Origin: Myxococcales bacterium
Lineage (GTDB): Bacteria > Myxococcota > B64-G9
NCBI GenBank assembly: GCA_012798435.1
Contig: JAAZNF010000085.1
Location: forward strand, 695-64,694
DNA length: 64,000 nt
Direction: 5' to 3'
How positions within the stretch are numbered: position 1 is the stretch's first letter; each line of letters starts with the position of its first letter. The translations under genes and the position numbers were made by a program. Below the pieces are notes generated by a model. It was given only the letters and a program-made list of their open reading frames with translations, searched no databases and had not been told where the DNA came from. Positions 27,144 through 39,793 of this stretch are shown here, piece by piece.

Positions 27144-28166
27144 TCAGGCCCAGGCGTCGCTGGCGTCGAGGCGGGCGATCTGCTCGCGCAGGTCCTGCAC
27201 CTCGCGCTGCCAGTACTGCAGGGTTCCAAAGTGGGCGAAGGTGTGGCGGAAGATGGGGTCCTCGATACGGCGCGCGATCCAGGTGGAGTAGTGGATGAAG
27301 CGCAGCGCTCGCAGCGGCTCGACCAGGCGCAGCCAGCTCGGCGAGAAGTCGCGCAGCTCGGCGTAGGCCTCGCACAGCAGGCGGCGTTGGCGCTGGCCGT
27401 CGGCGTCGAAACTGGGCGCGAGCAGCCACACGTCCTGCGCCGCCGGGCCGGTCAGCATGTCGTCGAAGTCGAGGAAGGTCGGCCCGCGCGGCGTCCAGAT
27501 CAGGTTGTTGAGGTGGCAATCGCCGTGGATGCGGTGGGTGGGGACATCCAGAAACAACGGCCGGATGCGGCCGAGCAGCGTCTCGACGGTGGCGGCGTAG
27601 ATGTCGCGCACCTCGGGTGGCAGCGCGTTCAGCGAGAGCAGGACGTCGAGGTTTCGCTTGCCGTAGGTCTCGGGATCGAGGCGCATGCGGTGTGGCGCCT
27701 CGCGCCGGGCGCCTACGTTGTGGATGCGCGCCGCCAGGTGGCCCAGGAGGCGGATCTCTTCGTCGGTGAGCTCCTGCTGGACCCGGCCGCCGATGCGAGG
27801 AAAGAGCGCGTAGCGGATGCCGTTCACCTCACCCAGCGTGCGGCCGGGCTCGAGCTCGATGGGGCAGGCCACCGGGATCTCCTCCTCGGCGAGCTCGAAG
27901 AGGAAGCGGTGCTCGTCCAGGATGGTCTGCTCCGACCAGCGGCCCGGGCGGTAGAACTTTCCCACCACCATGGACTCGTCGTCCAGTTCGAGCTGCCATA
28001 CCCGGTTCTCGAAGGAGTTGAGGACCAGGAAGCGCCCGGTGCAGCGCCGACCGCCGGCCTCCACCGCATCGAGCACCGCCTCGGGGGTGAGCCGGTGAAA
28101 GACCTCGGCCAGGGGGTGATCGGCCAGGCGCTCGGTGGCGGGCGCGCTCGGGGCGGTGGGGTCCAT
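27144..28166 (-). CDS. srkA: Stress-response kinase A (SrkA/YihE/RdoA family, aminoglycoside-phosphotransferase fold)
   Basis: HGDCHLNNLIW catalytic motif and FLDFDD. Length 340 aa from MDPTAP. Confidence 0.7.
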   Translation of the reverse strand: MDPTAPSAPATERLADHPLAEVFHRLTPEAVLDAVEAGGRRCTGRFLVLNSFENRVWQLELDDESMVVGKFYRPGRWSEQTILDEHRFLFELAEEEIPVACPIELEPGRTLGEVNGIRYALFPRIGGRVQQELTDEEIRLLGHLAARIHNVGARREAPHRMRLDPETYGKRNLDVLLSLNALPPEVRDIYAATVETLLGRIRPLFLDVPTHRIHGDCHLNNLIWTPRGPTFLDFDDMLTGPAAQDVWLLAPSFDADGQRQRRLLCEAYAELRDFSPSWLRLVEPLRALRFIHYSTWIARRIEDPIFRHTFAHFGTLQYWQREVQDLREQIARLDASDAWA

Positions 28167-28292
28167 GCGCTCCTCGTGTTTCCGAAAGCGGGCGGGGATT
28201 GTGAAGGTTCGCGCCGGGTCTGTCAACGGCGAACTCGCCTGACCGCACCTGTCATATTTTGGACAATATTCTCTCGGGCGCGGCTGCTTGAC

Positions 28293-28349
28293 GGCGGGTC
28301 CTCCTAACTGCTCGCCGCAGAGCCGGCTCCGCTGCATGGAGGACCCGCC
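28293..28349. promoter_or_regulatory. 12-bp perfect inverted repeat GGCGGGTCCTCC / GGAGGACCCGCC with a 33-nt spacer, in the srkA/TSP3-lipoprotein divergent intergenic region
   Basis: Arms at 28293-28304 and 28338-28349. Confidence 0.35.
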
Positions 28350-28558
28350 TGGCGCGCCGCGCCACCACAGATTTCAAAATCGCTCAATCGATTTGCAGTA
28401 TTTGTGAGGTGCGGTCAGCGAACTCGTATTCTTGAGGGGCTTTCATCCCTCGGCGCGGCCGTTGCTCGATGCGTCGTTCTGCGTTAGAAATTGTTGGAGT
28501 CCACCTCGGCGCGGCATGGCGTGCCGGGGATGCGAAATTTTTCCTCGGAGGTCGGATC

Positions 28559-31003
28559 ATGCGATGGTGCGGCGTTCTCGGCTTGTGTTTCGGATTGTTG
28601 GCGGCGGGTGCCGGGCTGGCGGGATGTGGCGACAACACGGCGTGCAGCAGCGACGCCGAATGTCCCGGCGGCTCCTGCATCGATGGCAAGTGCGGTCCCA
28701 AGGACACCGACAAGGACGGCAAGCCCGACGCCGACGACAACTGCCCGACGGTGGCCAACCCCGATCAACTGGACAGCGACCATGACGGCCAGGGCGACGC
28801 CTGCGACCGCTGCCCGAACGGCGCCGACACGGACTCCGACGGGAGCTGTGACGACAAGGACAACTGCGTGGCGGTGTCGAACCCCGACCAGTTCGACCGG
28901 GACGGCGACGGCCAGGGCGACACCTGCGATCCCTGCCCCCTGGATGCCAGCAACGACGCCGACGGCGACGGGCGCTGCGCGGAGGTGGACAACTGCCCCT
29001 CGGTGGCCAACCCGAGCCAGGAGGACACGGACCACGACGGCCCGGGCGACGCCTGTGACGTGTGCCCGGCGGATCCGCTCAACGACAGCGACGCCGACGG
29101 GTTCTGCGCTGGCGAGGACAACTGTCCTGTGGTGCGCAACCCCAGCCAGCAGGACACCGACGCGGACGGGCTCGGCGACGCCTGCGACGATCACGACGAC
29201 AACTTCCGCGACGGCGGGCCCTTCGATCCCGCCTGCCGCTACCAGCCACCGCGGGCGCAGTTCGCCCCGCGCGAGGCCGGGCGTTGGGAAGGCAGCGCCT
29301 TGTACCCGGAGAAGAACCAGGTCATGTCGACTCCAGCGGTGGTGAACCTCAACGACGACAACGGCGACGGAAGGGTGGACGAGAGCGACGTCCCCGACAT
29401 CGTATTCTCGGCCTTCTCGGTCTCGGGCGACCCGCCCATCCTGGGCTATGGCGTGCTTCGGGCCATCTCGGGCGACACCCTGACCGACCTGTGGGTGGTG
29501 GACCCGGCGCGGGTGCGGCTGGCCCCCGCCGCCAGCGTGGCCGCCGGCGACATCGACGGCGACGGCAAGGTGGAGATCCTGGCCCTGCGCTACGTCGGGG
29601 GCCTGGTGGCCTTCGAGAACGACGGCCAGCTCAAGTGGTCGTGCGCCGACTTCGGCCCCGACAACTGCGTGGACTACGCCAACCTGCACGGCGGCAACGA
29701 GTGGGGCGGGCCGGCCATCGCCGACCTGGACGGCGACGGGGCGCCGGAGATCGTGCTCGGGGCGGCGGTGTTTGGCGCCAACGGCCAGCTCCTGTGGCAA
29801 GGGAGCGGCTGCATCGGCGACAACGGGGTGGGCCCGCTCTCGGCGGTGGCCGACCTGGATCGCGACGGCAGGGCCGAGGTGATCACCGGCTGCACCGCCT
29901 ACCGCCACGATGGGCAGGTGTTCTGGAGCAACGGGCTCTCGGACGGGTTCGTGGCCATCGGCGACTTCGACACGGATGAATTCCCCGAGATCGTGGTGGT
30001 GTCGAACGGCGCCGCGCGGGTGCAGAACCACGACGGCAGCGTGCTGTGGGGCCCGGTCGATCTCCCCGGGGACGGGCGGGGCGGGCCGCCCACGGTGGCG
30101 GACTTCGACGGCGACGGGCTCCCGGAGATCGGCATCGCCGACCGCGACACCTACGTGGTGCTGGACAGCGACGGCGCCATCCTGTGGCAGGCCGCGACCC
30201 AGGACCACTCCTCATCGGCCACCGGGAGTTCGGTGTTCGACTTCGAGGACGACGGCTTCGCCGAGGTGGTGTACAACGACGAGACCACCCTGCGGGTGTA
30301 CGACGGCAGCACGGGAACGGTGCTGTTCGCCGCCCCCAACTCGTCCTTCACCGCCTACGAGTACCCGGTGATCGCCGACGTGGACAACGACGGCAACGCC
30401 GAGATCATCGTGTCGGCCAACGATTTCGTGAACACCACCGGCGGTGAGCTGTTCCACGGCGTCCGGGTGTTCTCCGACGCCAAGGACAATTGGGTGCGCA
30501 CCCGCCGAGTCTGGAACCAGCACACCTACCACATCACCAACGTGACCGAGGATGGCCGCATCCCGGCATCGGAGGCCGAGGGCTGGCTTCGCTACAACTC
30601 CTACCGGCAGAACGAGCTCGGCGAAGGCGAGGGAACGGCCACCCTGGCGCCCGACGCGGCGGCCAGTGGCCCGGCGGCGAACCTCGACGGCTGTCCCGCA
30701 AAGCTCCTACTCTCGGCCTGGGTCGAGAACCGGGGCGCGCAGGATCTGCCGGCGGCCTTGCCCGTGGCTTTCTACCGCGGCGATCCGCCCCAGGCGCTCA
30801 TCGGCGTGGCGCGCACCTCGGTGACGCTGCATCCGGGCCAGGCCCAGCGGCTCACCGTGGAGTGGCCCAATCCGCCGCGCGGCGCGCCGGTGACGGTATT
30901 GGTGGTGGCGGACGACGACGGCAACGGCGCCGGGATGGTGTCGGAGTGCGGCGATGACAGCAACAACCGCGCTCGTCTCTACCCGGTCTCCTGTCCCAAC
31001 TAA
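28559..31003 (+). CDS. Lipoprotein with thrombospondin type-3 (TSP3) calcium-binding repeats and an FG-GAP/VCBS beta-propeller
   Basis: Lipobox LAGCGDN. At least six DxDxDGxxDxxDNC repeats are present. These are followed by seven DxDxDG-containing FG-GAP repeats (DIDGDGKVEI, DLDGDGAPEI, DLDRDGRAEV, DFDTDEFPEI, DFDGDGLPEI, DFEDDGFAEV, DVDNDGNAEI). Confidence 0.75.
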   Translation: MRWCGVLGLCFGLLAAGAGLAGCGDNTACSSDAECPGGSCIDGKCGPKDTDKDGKPDADDNCPTVANPDQLDSDHDGQGDACDRCPNGADTDSDGSCDDKDNCVAVSNPDQFDRDGDGQGDTCDPCPLDASNDADGDGRCAEVDNCPSVANPSQEDTDHDGPGDACDVCPADPLNDSDADGFCAGEDNCPVVRNPSQQDTDADGLGDACDDHDDNFRDGGPFDPACRYQPPRAQFAPREAGRWEGSALYPEKNQVMSTPAVVNLNDDNGDGRVDESDVPDIVFSAFSVSGDPPILGYGVLRAISGDTLTDLWVVDPARVRLAPAASVAAGDIDGDGKVEILALRYVGGLVAFENDGQLKWSCADFGPDNCVDYANLHGGNEWGGPAIADLDGDGAPEIVLGAAVFGANGQLLWQGSGCIGDNGVGPLSAVADLDRDGRAEVITGCTAYRHDGQVFWSNGLSDGFVAIGDFDTDEFPEIVVVSNGAARVQNHDGSVLWGPVDLPGDGRGGPPTVADFDGDGLPEIGIADRDTYVVLDSDGAILWQAATQDHSSSATGSSVFDFEDDGFAEVVYNDETTLRVYDGSTGTVLFAAPNSSFTAYEYPVIADVDNDGNAEIIVSANDFVNTTGGELFHGVRVFSDAKDNWVRTRRVWNQHTYHITNVTEDGRIPASEAEGWLRYNSYRQNELGEGEGTATLAPDAAASGPAANLDGCPAKLLLSAWVENRGAQDLPAALPVAFYRGDPPQALIGVARTSVTLHPGQAQRLTVEWPNPPRGAPVTVLVVADDDGNGAGMVSECGDDSNNRARLYPVSCPN

Positions 31004-31704
31004 CGGGTGGGCTGGGCGATTTTCCGCGCGGGGCGAGATCGGTCGGTTCTTGTGCTAGCCGCCGCCGGCAGGCACAGGGCCCGCACCTGCGCGCGCAGCG
31101 CCCGTTTGCGCGAGGCGATCTGCTCCGGCGAGAAGGGATCGGCGCCTCCCGCGAGCCCGCGCAGCAGGTCGGAGGCGGCGAAGTAGAAGAGGTGCAAACC
31201 CACGATGGACATGGCCAGCTGCCGGGTGTCCTGCCGGCGGAACGCCCCTTCCCGCATTCCCGCGTCCAGGAAGGCCTCGATCAGGTCGAAGGCCAGCCGC
31301 ACGTGCTGCCGCCCGGCGCCGAACAGGTAGTGCCGGCCTTCCACCAGCTCCCGCAGCAGGAGGCGGGCGGCGGAGGGTTGGCGGCCGAGGTACTCGGTGA
31401 CCAGCTCGCCCAGCCGATCCAGGCGCTCCTCGAACCGGCCGCTCTGGAGGCGCGCCGCCAGGACCAGTTTTCGTAGATCGGAGACCACTTCGTCCAGCAC
31501 CGCCTGGTACATCGCCTCCTTGGTGGCGAAGTGGTGGTACAGGGAGGCGCGGCGCAGGCCGGAGCGCTCGGCGACGGTGCCCAGGCTGGTGGCGCCGTAC
31601 CCCAGGCGGGCGAAGGCGTCCAGCGCGATACGCAGCAGGCGGTCCCGCCCGATGGGGTGGGAGGGGCGGCCGGGACGGCGTGGGACATCGAATTTTTCTC
31701 TCAT
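31000..31704 (-). CDS. TetR/AcrR family transcriptional regulator
   Basis: N-terminal HTH RDRLLRIALDAFARLGYGATSLGTVAERSGLRRASLYHHFATKEAMY. Confidence 0.8.
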   Translation of the reverse strand: MREKFDVPRRPGRPSHPIGRDRLLRIALDAFARLGYGATSLGTVAERSGLRRASLYHHFATKEAMYQAVLDEVVSDLRKLVLAARLQSGRFEERLDRLGELVTEYLGRQPSAARLLLRELVEGRHYLFGAGRQHVRLAFDLIEAFLDAGMREGAFRRQDTRQLAMSIVGLHLFYFAASDLLRGLAGGADPFSPEQIASRKRALRAQVRALCLPAAASTRTDRSRPARKIAQPTR

Positions 31705-31727
31705 GGGCCGGCAGGATAGTGCACCCG

Positions 31728-31743
31728 GATTGACAGATCAATC
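31728..31743. promoter_or_regulatory. Palindrome GATTGACAGATCAATC in the TetR/hydrolase divergent intergenic region (candidate TetR operator)
   Basis: Half-sites GATTGA/TCAATC as a perfect inverted repeat around a 4-nt centre, with a second AATCT...AGATT dyad immediately downstream. Confidence 0.4.
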
Positions 31744-31775
31744 TTCAAAGATGTAGATTTAGCGCGGAGGTGCGG

Positions 31776-32969
31776 ATGCGCCATGCGAAGCGATGGTCCG
31801 GCGGCGGTTGGCGCTCGGCGCTCTGGGGGCTGGCCTTGAGCCTGGGCGCGCTGTCTCTGGCGAGCTGCGCCGGCGGCTCGGGCGCCGCGGACGGCGACGG
31901 GGCCGACGCGGGCGCAGACGGCGACTGGTTCGATGCCGCGCCCGACCTGGATGACGGAGGCCTCCGGGACGGGGCGGATGGCGCGGACACGCCGGACCTG
32001 TCAGACGGGGCGGATGGTTGGGACGGAGCGGGCGACGGCGCCGGTGACCCGGGCGAGCCGCTCGACCCGGCGCTTCCCGGCGGCCCGGCCGGGACCCGCG
32101 CCAACGCGAGCCCCACTCTCCCCGGTTGCCTCGACAACAGCACCGTGCCGCTCACCATCTACCTGCCGGCCGGTGCCGGGCCGTTCCCGGTGGTGGTCCT
32201 CCATCACGGGTTCCAGCTCGAGTCGGGCCTGTACGCCTCGTACGGCGAGCACCTGGCCAGCTGGGGCTACCTGGTGGTGATGCCCCAGCTCCCCGGCGGC
32301 CTGGTCAACCCCCCGACCCACCGCGAACTGAAGGATTGCCTGGTCGCGTTGATTTCCTGGATCGAACAGAACGCCGCCGACGCCTCCGGCCCGCTGGGCG
32401 GCAAGGCCGACGCCTCCCTTCTCGCGCTGGCCGGCCACTCCATGGGCGGGAAGATCTCGCTCTACGCGGCCACCGAGGACGCGCGGCCCAGGGCCGTCAT
32501 CGGACTGGACCCGGTCGACACGGTGGGTGGGCCAGGCAGCCAGCCGTCGCCGGATCGGCCCTCGGTGACGCCCGAGCTGATGGACCGCATCCAGGTCCCG
32601 CTGCTGCTCCTCGGCGAGACCGTCAACGCCACCTGCAGCGGGTTCATGTGCCAGGCCTGCGCCCCGGAAGAGGACAACTTCCACCAGTACTTTCTGTACG
32701 CCACGAGCCCGGCGCTGGAGGTGGAGATCCTCGGCGCCAACCACATGTCGTTCCTCGACAACCCCGATTGCGGCTTTGTGTGCTCGATGTGCCCCAAGGG
32801 CAGCGACGATCCCGCCGAGACCCGCCGGCTGACCCGGCGCTACCTCGTGGCGTTTCTCAACCTCGTCCTGCGCGGCGAGAGTGCCTACCGCACCTTCCTC
32901 ACCGGCCCGCGCATGGCGGCCGACGTGGCCGCCGGCCGGGTGCGATCCCAGAGCGAGAACGGCTTTTGA
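31776..32969 (+). CDS. Secreted alpha/beta-hydrolase lipoprotein (chlorophyllase, PAF-acetylhydrolase or PETase-like esterase/lipase)
   Basis: Lipobox LSLASCAGG and a Gly/Asp-rich linker. PVVVLHHGF, nucleophile elbow GHSMGG and a Cys-rich C-terminus. The RBS GGAGG lies 5 nt upstream of the ATG at 31776. Confidence 0.6.
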   Translation: MRHAKRWSGGGWRSALWGLALSLGALSLASCAGGSGAADGDGADAGADGDWFDAAPDLDDGGLRDGADGADTPDLSDGADGWDGAGDGAGDPGEPLDPALPGGPAGTRANASPTLPGCLDNSTVPLTIYLPAGAGPFPVVVLHHGFQLESGLYASYGEHLASWGYLVVMPQLPGGLVNPPTHRELKDCLVALISWIEQNAADASGPLGGKADASLLALAGHSMGGKISLYAATEDARPRAVIGLDPVDTVGGPGSQPSPDRPSVTPELMDRIQVPLLLLGETVNATCSGFMCQACAPEEDNFHQYFLYATSPALEVEILGANHMSFLDNPDCGFVCSMCPKGSDDPAETRRLTRRYLVAFLNLVLRGESAYRTFLTGPRMAADVAAGRVRSQSENGF

Positions 32970-33018
32970 TTTCGCCTTGATCTGCCCTCCGTCCCGTGTC
33001 ATAAACGGCCCGCGGTTC

Positions 33019-33100
33019 GCGGGAGTGGCGAAACTGGTAGACGCGCAAGATTTAGGATCTTGTGGCTTTGCCGTGGGGGTTCGAGTCCCCCCTTCCGCAT
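33019..33100 (+). tRNA. tRNA-Leu, anticodon UAG
   Basis: GCGGGAG-TGGCGAAACTGGTAGACGC-G-CAAGA-TTTAGGA-TCTTG-long variable arm-GGGGGTTCGAGTCCCCC-CTTCCGC-A: cloverleaf with long variable arm and anticodon TAG. Confidence 0.85.
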
Positions 33101-33115
33101 CGTAAGGGAGACGGT

Positions 33116-33991
33116 GTGCCTCGCTGGGTCTTGTGCATCCTGTGCGTCTCGCTCGTGGCCGGCTGCGCCGGTCCGGCGGCCGACCTCAGCGAAAAGCCGC
33201 CCGCGCCGGCCAGGCCCGCCGCGCGCAAGGCGGACGCCAAGGCGGCCCGCGCCGACGCTGGCGACGGCTGGGGAGAAGACCTGCTGGCCGCCCCTGGCGA
33301 AAAAAAAGCGCCGCCCAAGACCCCCGGGAATCGGGGCGCAGCCGAGGAGGAGGAAGATTGGGAGCAGGAACTGCGGCCCGAGCAGCCCCCGGCACCGCAG
33401 CCCGTCCGCCCGGCCCGCGAGCCCCCACCGACCGGCACGGCCCGCGCCGCCGGAGCGCAGACCCGGCGTCCGGATTCGGCCGAGAAGGGAAAAGAGCAAG
33501 CGACCGAGGGAGGCGCCGAGCCCGTGCTCGGAGTGTGGGCCGGGGGAGGAGTCCAGGTGCTGCGCGGCTCGCGGGTCCAGCCCTCGGCCAGCGTGGCGCT
33601 GGATGTCCGGCTCTCGCGCTGGATCGGCTGGAAGGGTTTTTTCGCCGCCGCGCGCCTGGACAGCGTGTTCGGCAGCACCCCGCTGGGCTCCGGCTACGTG
33701 ATGTGGGACGTGTTGGTGTCCGGGGGCGGACGCTTCGGCACGGGCTTGGTCCGTGTGAGCCCGGAACTCGGATTCGGCGCCCGGTTCCTCACCATCACCT
33801 CGCACGCGGGGGGCGCCACCGAGGAGCCGCGGGCGGGGTTCGGCTTCATGGCCGCCCTGGGTGTCGAGTTTTTGCTTGCACGGTTCTGTTTTTTGGGGAT
33901 CAAGGCCGGCGGCCGCTACCTCCAGGATCCGCTGTCGCGCGGTTTCGGTCTATCCGGCGCCTTCGATGCCGGCGTGTGGTTCGTTTTCTGA
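33116..33991 (+). CDS. Lipoprotein with Ala/Pro/Arg-rich low-complexity region and C-terminal beta-barrel-like domain ending in Phe
   Basis: GTG start preceded by AAGGGAG. Lipobox LVAGCAG. The C-terminal roughly 160 aa has alternating hydrophobic strands and ends ...GVWFVF, an OMP-like terminal Phe. Confidence 0.45.
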   Translation: MPRWVLCILCVSLVAGCAGPAADLSEKPPAPARPAARKADAKAARADAGDGWGEDLLAAPGEKKAPPKTPGNRGAAEEEEDWEQELRPEQPPAPQPVRPAREPPPTGTARAAGAQTRRPDSAEKGKEQATEGGAEPVLGVWAGGGVQVLRGSRVQPSASVALDVRLSRWIGWKGFFAAARLDSVFGSTPLGSGYVMWDVLVSGGGRFGTGLVRVSPELGFGARFLTITSHAGGATEEPRAGFGFMAALGVEFLLARFCFLGIKAGGRYLQDPLSRGFGLSGAFDAGVWFVF

Positions 33992-34012
33992 GTTGGGGGA
34001 AGAGAGGCGATC

Positions 34013-35329
34013 ATGAAAGCGACGATCGAGAAGGCCGAGGGCGTCCACCGCGAGGTGCGGGTGGAGATCCCCTGGAGCACGGTGAAGGACGAGATGGATC
34101 GCGCCCTGCGGGAGCTGGCCAAGGGGCTCGCCCTGCCAGGGTTTCGCAAGGGCAAGGTGCCGCTGCCGGTGGTGCGCCAGCGGTACGGCCGGCAGGTGAG
34201 CGAGGACGCCGTCGCTCACCTGATGCAGGACGCTCTGGAGGCGGCCCTGGTGCAGAACAAACTGCGGCCGGTGTCCCGGGTGGAGATCTCGCGGGGCGAC
34301 CTCCAGGAGGGCCAGCCCTACGCCTTCACCGCCCGCTTCGAGGTGCGGCCCGACATCGAGATCAAGGAGTACAAGGGCCTGCAGGAAGAGAAGGGCGTGG
34401 CGCAGGTGAAGCCCGAGGACGTGGATCGCGAGATCGACCGGCTGCGGGAGGAGCACGCCAGCCTGGTGCCCGTCGAGGGTCGGGACACGGCCGCGAAGGA
34501 CGACGTGGCGGTCATCGACTACCGCGCCAGCCGGAACGGCCGCCCGCTGAAGGGTGGCGAGCGGCAGGGGTATCTGCTGCACATCGGTGCGGGCAAAGCG
34601 CTGCCGGGGTTCGAGGAGCACGTGGGGGGGATGCGCGTGGGCGAGGAGCGCGAGTTCGACCTCGAATTTCCCCGCGACGCCTCGGACAGCGAGCTGGCCG
34701 GGCAAGTCGTGCACTTTTCGGTGCGCCTGGTGGCCCTGAAGCGCCGCGAGATCCCGGCCCTCACCGACGAGTTCGTGCTGGACCTGGGCGACGCGGCGCT
34801 GGCCACGGTGGCCGACCTGCGCGGGCGCATCGAAAAGACCTTGCTGGCGCGCGAGGATGCCCGCCTGGCCGAGGAGCAGCGGGAGAAGCTCATCGGCAAG
34901 CTCATCGAGCGCAACCCCTTCCCGGTGCCGCCCTCCATGGTGGAGCGCCAGCAACAGGCCTACCTGGCGGAGATGGAGGCACTGCTCGGCCAGGGGGGCG
35001 GGCTGGAGCGGTTGGGGATGACCCGCGAGAAACTGCTCGGCGATCTGCGGGAGCGGGCCGAGCGCAGCGTGCGCGGCAACCTGTTGCTGCTGGCCGTGGC
35101 CGAGAAGGAGAAGATCACGGTGGAGGACGCCGACGTGGAGGAGCACCTCGCGCAGCTGGCCGAGCGGCTGGGGCAGAACCTGGCCCAGGTGAAGGCGCGT
35201 TTCGCGGAAGGCGATGCGCGCGAGGAGCTGCGCTACCGGCTGCTGCGGGACAAGGTGCTTGAATATTTGCTGCATTCATCTAACATGCCACCACAGGCCC
35301 CGCCCCCGGCGGCGGGCGCGCCGGCCTGA
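34013..35329 (+). CDS. tig: Trigger factor
   Basis: N-terminal ribosome-binding region, central PPIase segment GFRKGKVP...; immediately upstream of clpP. Confidence 0.9.
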   Translation: MKATIEKAEGVHREVRVEIPWSTVKDEMDRALRELAKGLALPGFRKGKVPLPVVRQRYGRQVSEDAVAHLMQDALEAALVQNKLRPVSRVEISRGDLQEGQPYAFTARFEVRPDIEIKEYKGLQEEKGVAQVKPEDVDREIDRLREEHASLVPVEGRDTAAKDDVAVIDYRASRNGRPLKGGERQGYLLHIGAGKALPGFEEHVGGMRVGEEREFDLEFPRDASDSELAGQVVHFSVRLVALKRREIPALTDEFVLDLGDAALATVADLRGRIEKTLLAREDARLAEEQREKLIGKLIERNPFPVPPSMVERQQQAYLAEMEALLGQGGGLERLGMTREKLLGDLRERAERSVRGNLLLLAVAEKEKITVEDADVEEHLAQLAERLGQNLAQVKARFAEGDAREELRYRLLRDKVLEYLLHSSNMPPQAPPPAAGAPA

Positions 35330-35338
35330 GGAGCCCCC

Positions 35339-35941
35339 ATGAACCTGGTACCCATCGTCGTCGAGCAATCCCACCGCGGCGAGCGGGCCTACGACATCTA
35401 CTCGCGGCTGCTGAAGGATCGCATCGTGTTCATCGGCTCGGAGATCGACGACGACATCGCCAACCTGGTCATCGCCCAGATGTTGTTTCTGGAGAGCGAG
35501 GACCCGGACAAGGACATCAACCTGTACATCAACTCCCCCGGCGGCTCGGTGTCGGCCGGGCTGGCCATCTACGACACCATGCAGTACGTCAAGAGCGCCG
35601 TCTCCACCACCTGCATGGGCCAGGCGGCCAGCATGGCGGCGGTGCTGCTCTCGGCCGGCGCCGCCGGCAAGCGCTACTGCCTGCCGCACGCCCGGGTGAT
35701 GATCCACCAGCCGCAGGCCGGCTTCTACGGCCAGGCCTCGGACATCGAGATCCAGAGCCGCGAGATCCAGCGCCTCAAGGACACCCTCAACCGCATCCTG
35801 GCCGAGCACACCGGCCAGCCGCTGGAGCGGGTGGTCAAGGACACCGACCGCGACTGTTTCATGAGCGCCGAAGAGGCGGTGCAGTACGGCCTGGTGGACG
35901 AGGTGGTGCGCCGCCGGCCGGGCGTGGCCCCGGCGCGCTGA
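35339..35941 (+). CDS. clpP: ATP-dependent Clp protease proteolytic subunit
   Basis: [11 protein letters not shown], catalytic Ser in GQAASMAA, and catalytic His in ARVMIHQP. Confidence 0.95.
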   Translation: MNLVPIVVEQSHRGERAYDIYSRLLKDRIVFIGSEIDDDIANLVIAQMLFLESEDPDKDINLYINSPGGSVSAGLAIYDTMQYVKSAVSTTCMGQAASMAAVLLSAGAAGKRYCLPHARVMIHQPQAGFYGQASDIEIQSREIQRLKDTLNRILAEHTGQPLERVVKDTDRDCFMSAEEAVQYGLVDEVVRRRPGVAPAR

Positions 35942-35950
35942 GGAGACGGC

Positions 35951-37204
<1,254 letters not shown>

Positions 37205-37220
37205 GCCAGGAGGCCTACCC

Positions 37221-39719
<2,499 letters not shown>

Positions 39720-39793
39720 TTCTTCGGAGCTGGACGGATTCGACTTTATTTCCGCTTGCTACGGGTGCCGTTCGCTCTCGGCAGGGGTGAGAT

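Noticed and set aside
25267-28307. 750-aa antisense ORF 25267..27519 and the 25866..27104 + and 27132..28307 + ORFs across ank, arcC and srkA
   Set aside because: Arg/Gly-rich nonsense translations. Carbamate kinase and the ankyrin repeats are unambiguous on the minus strand.
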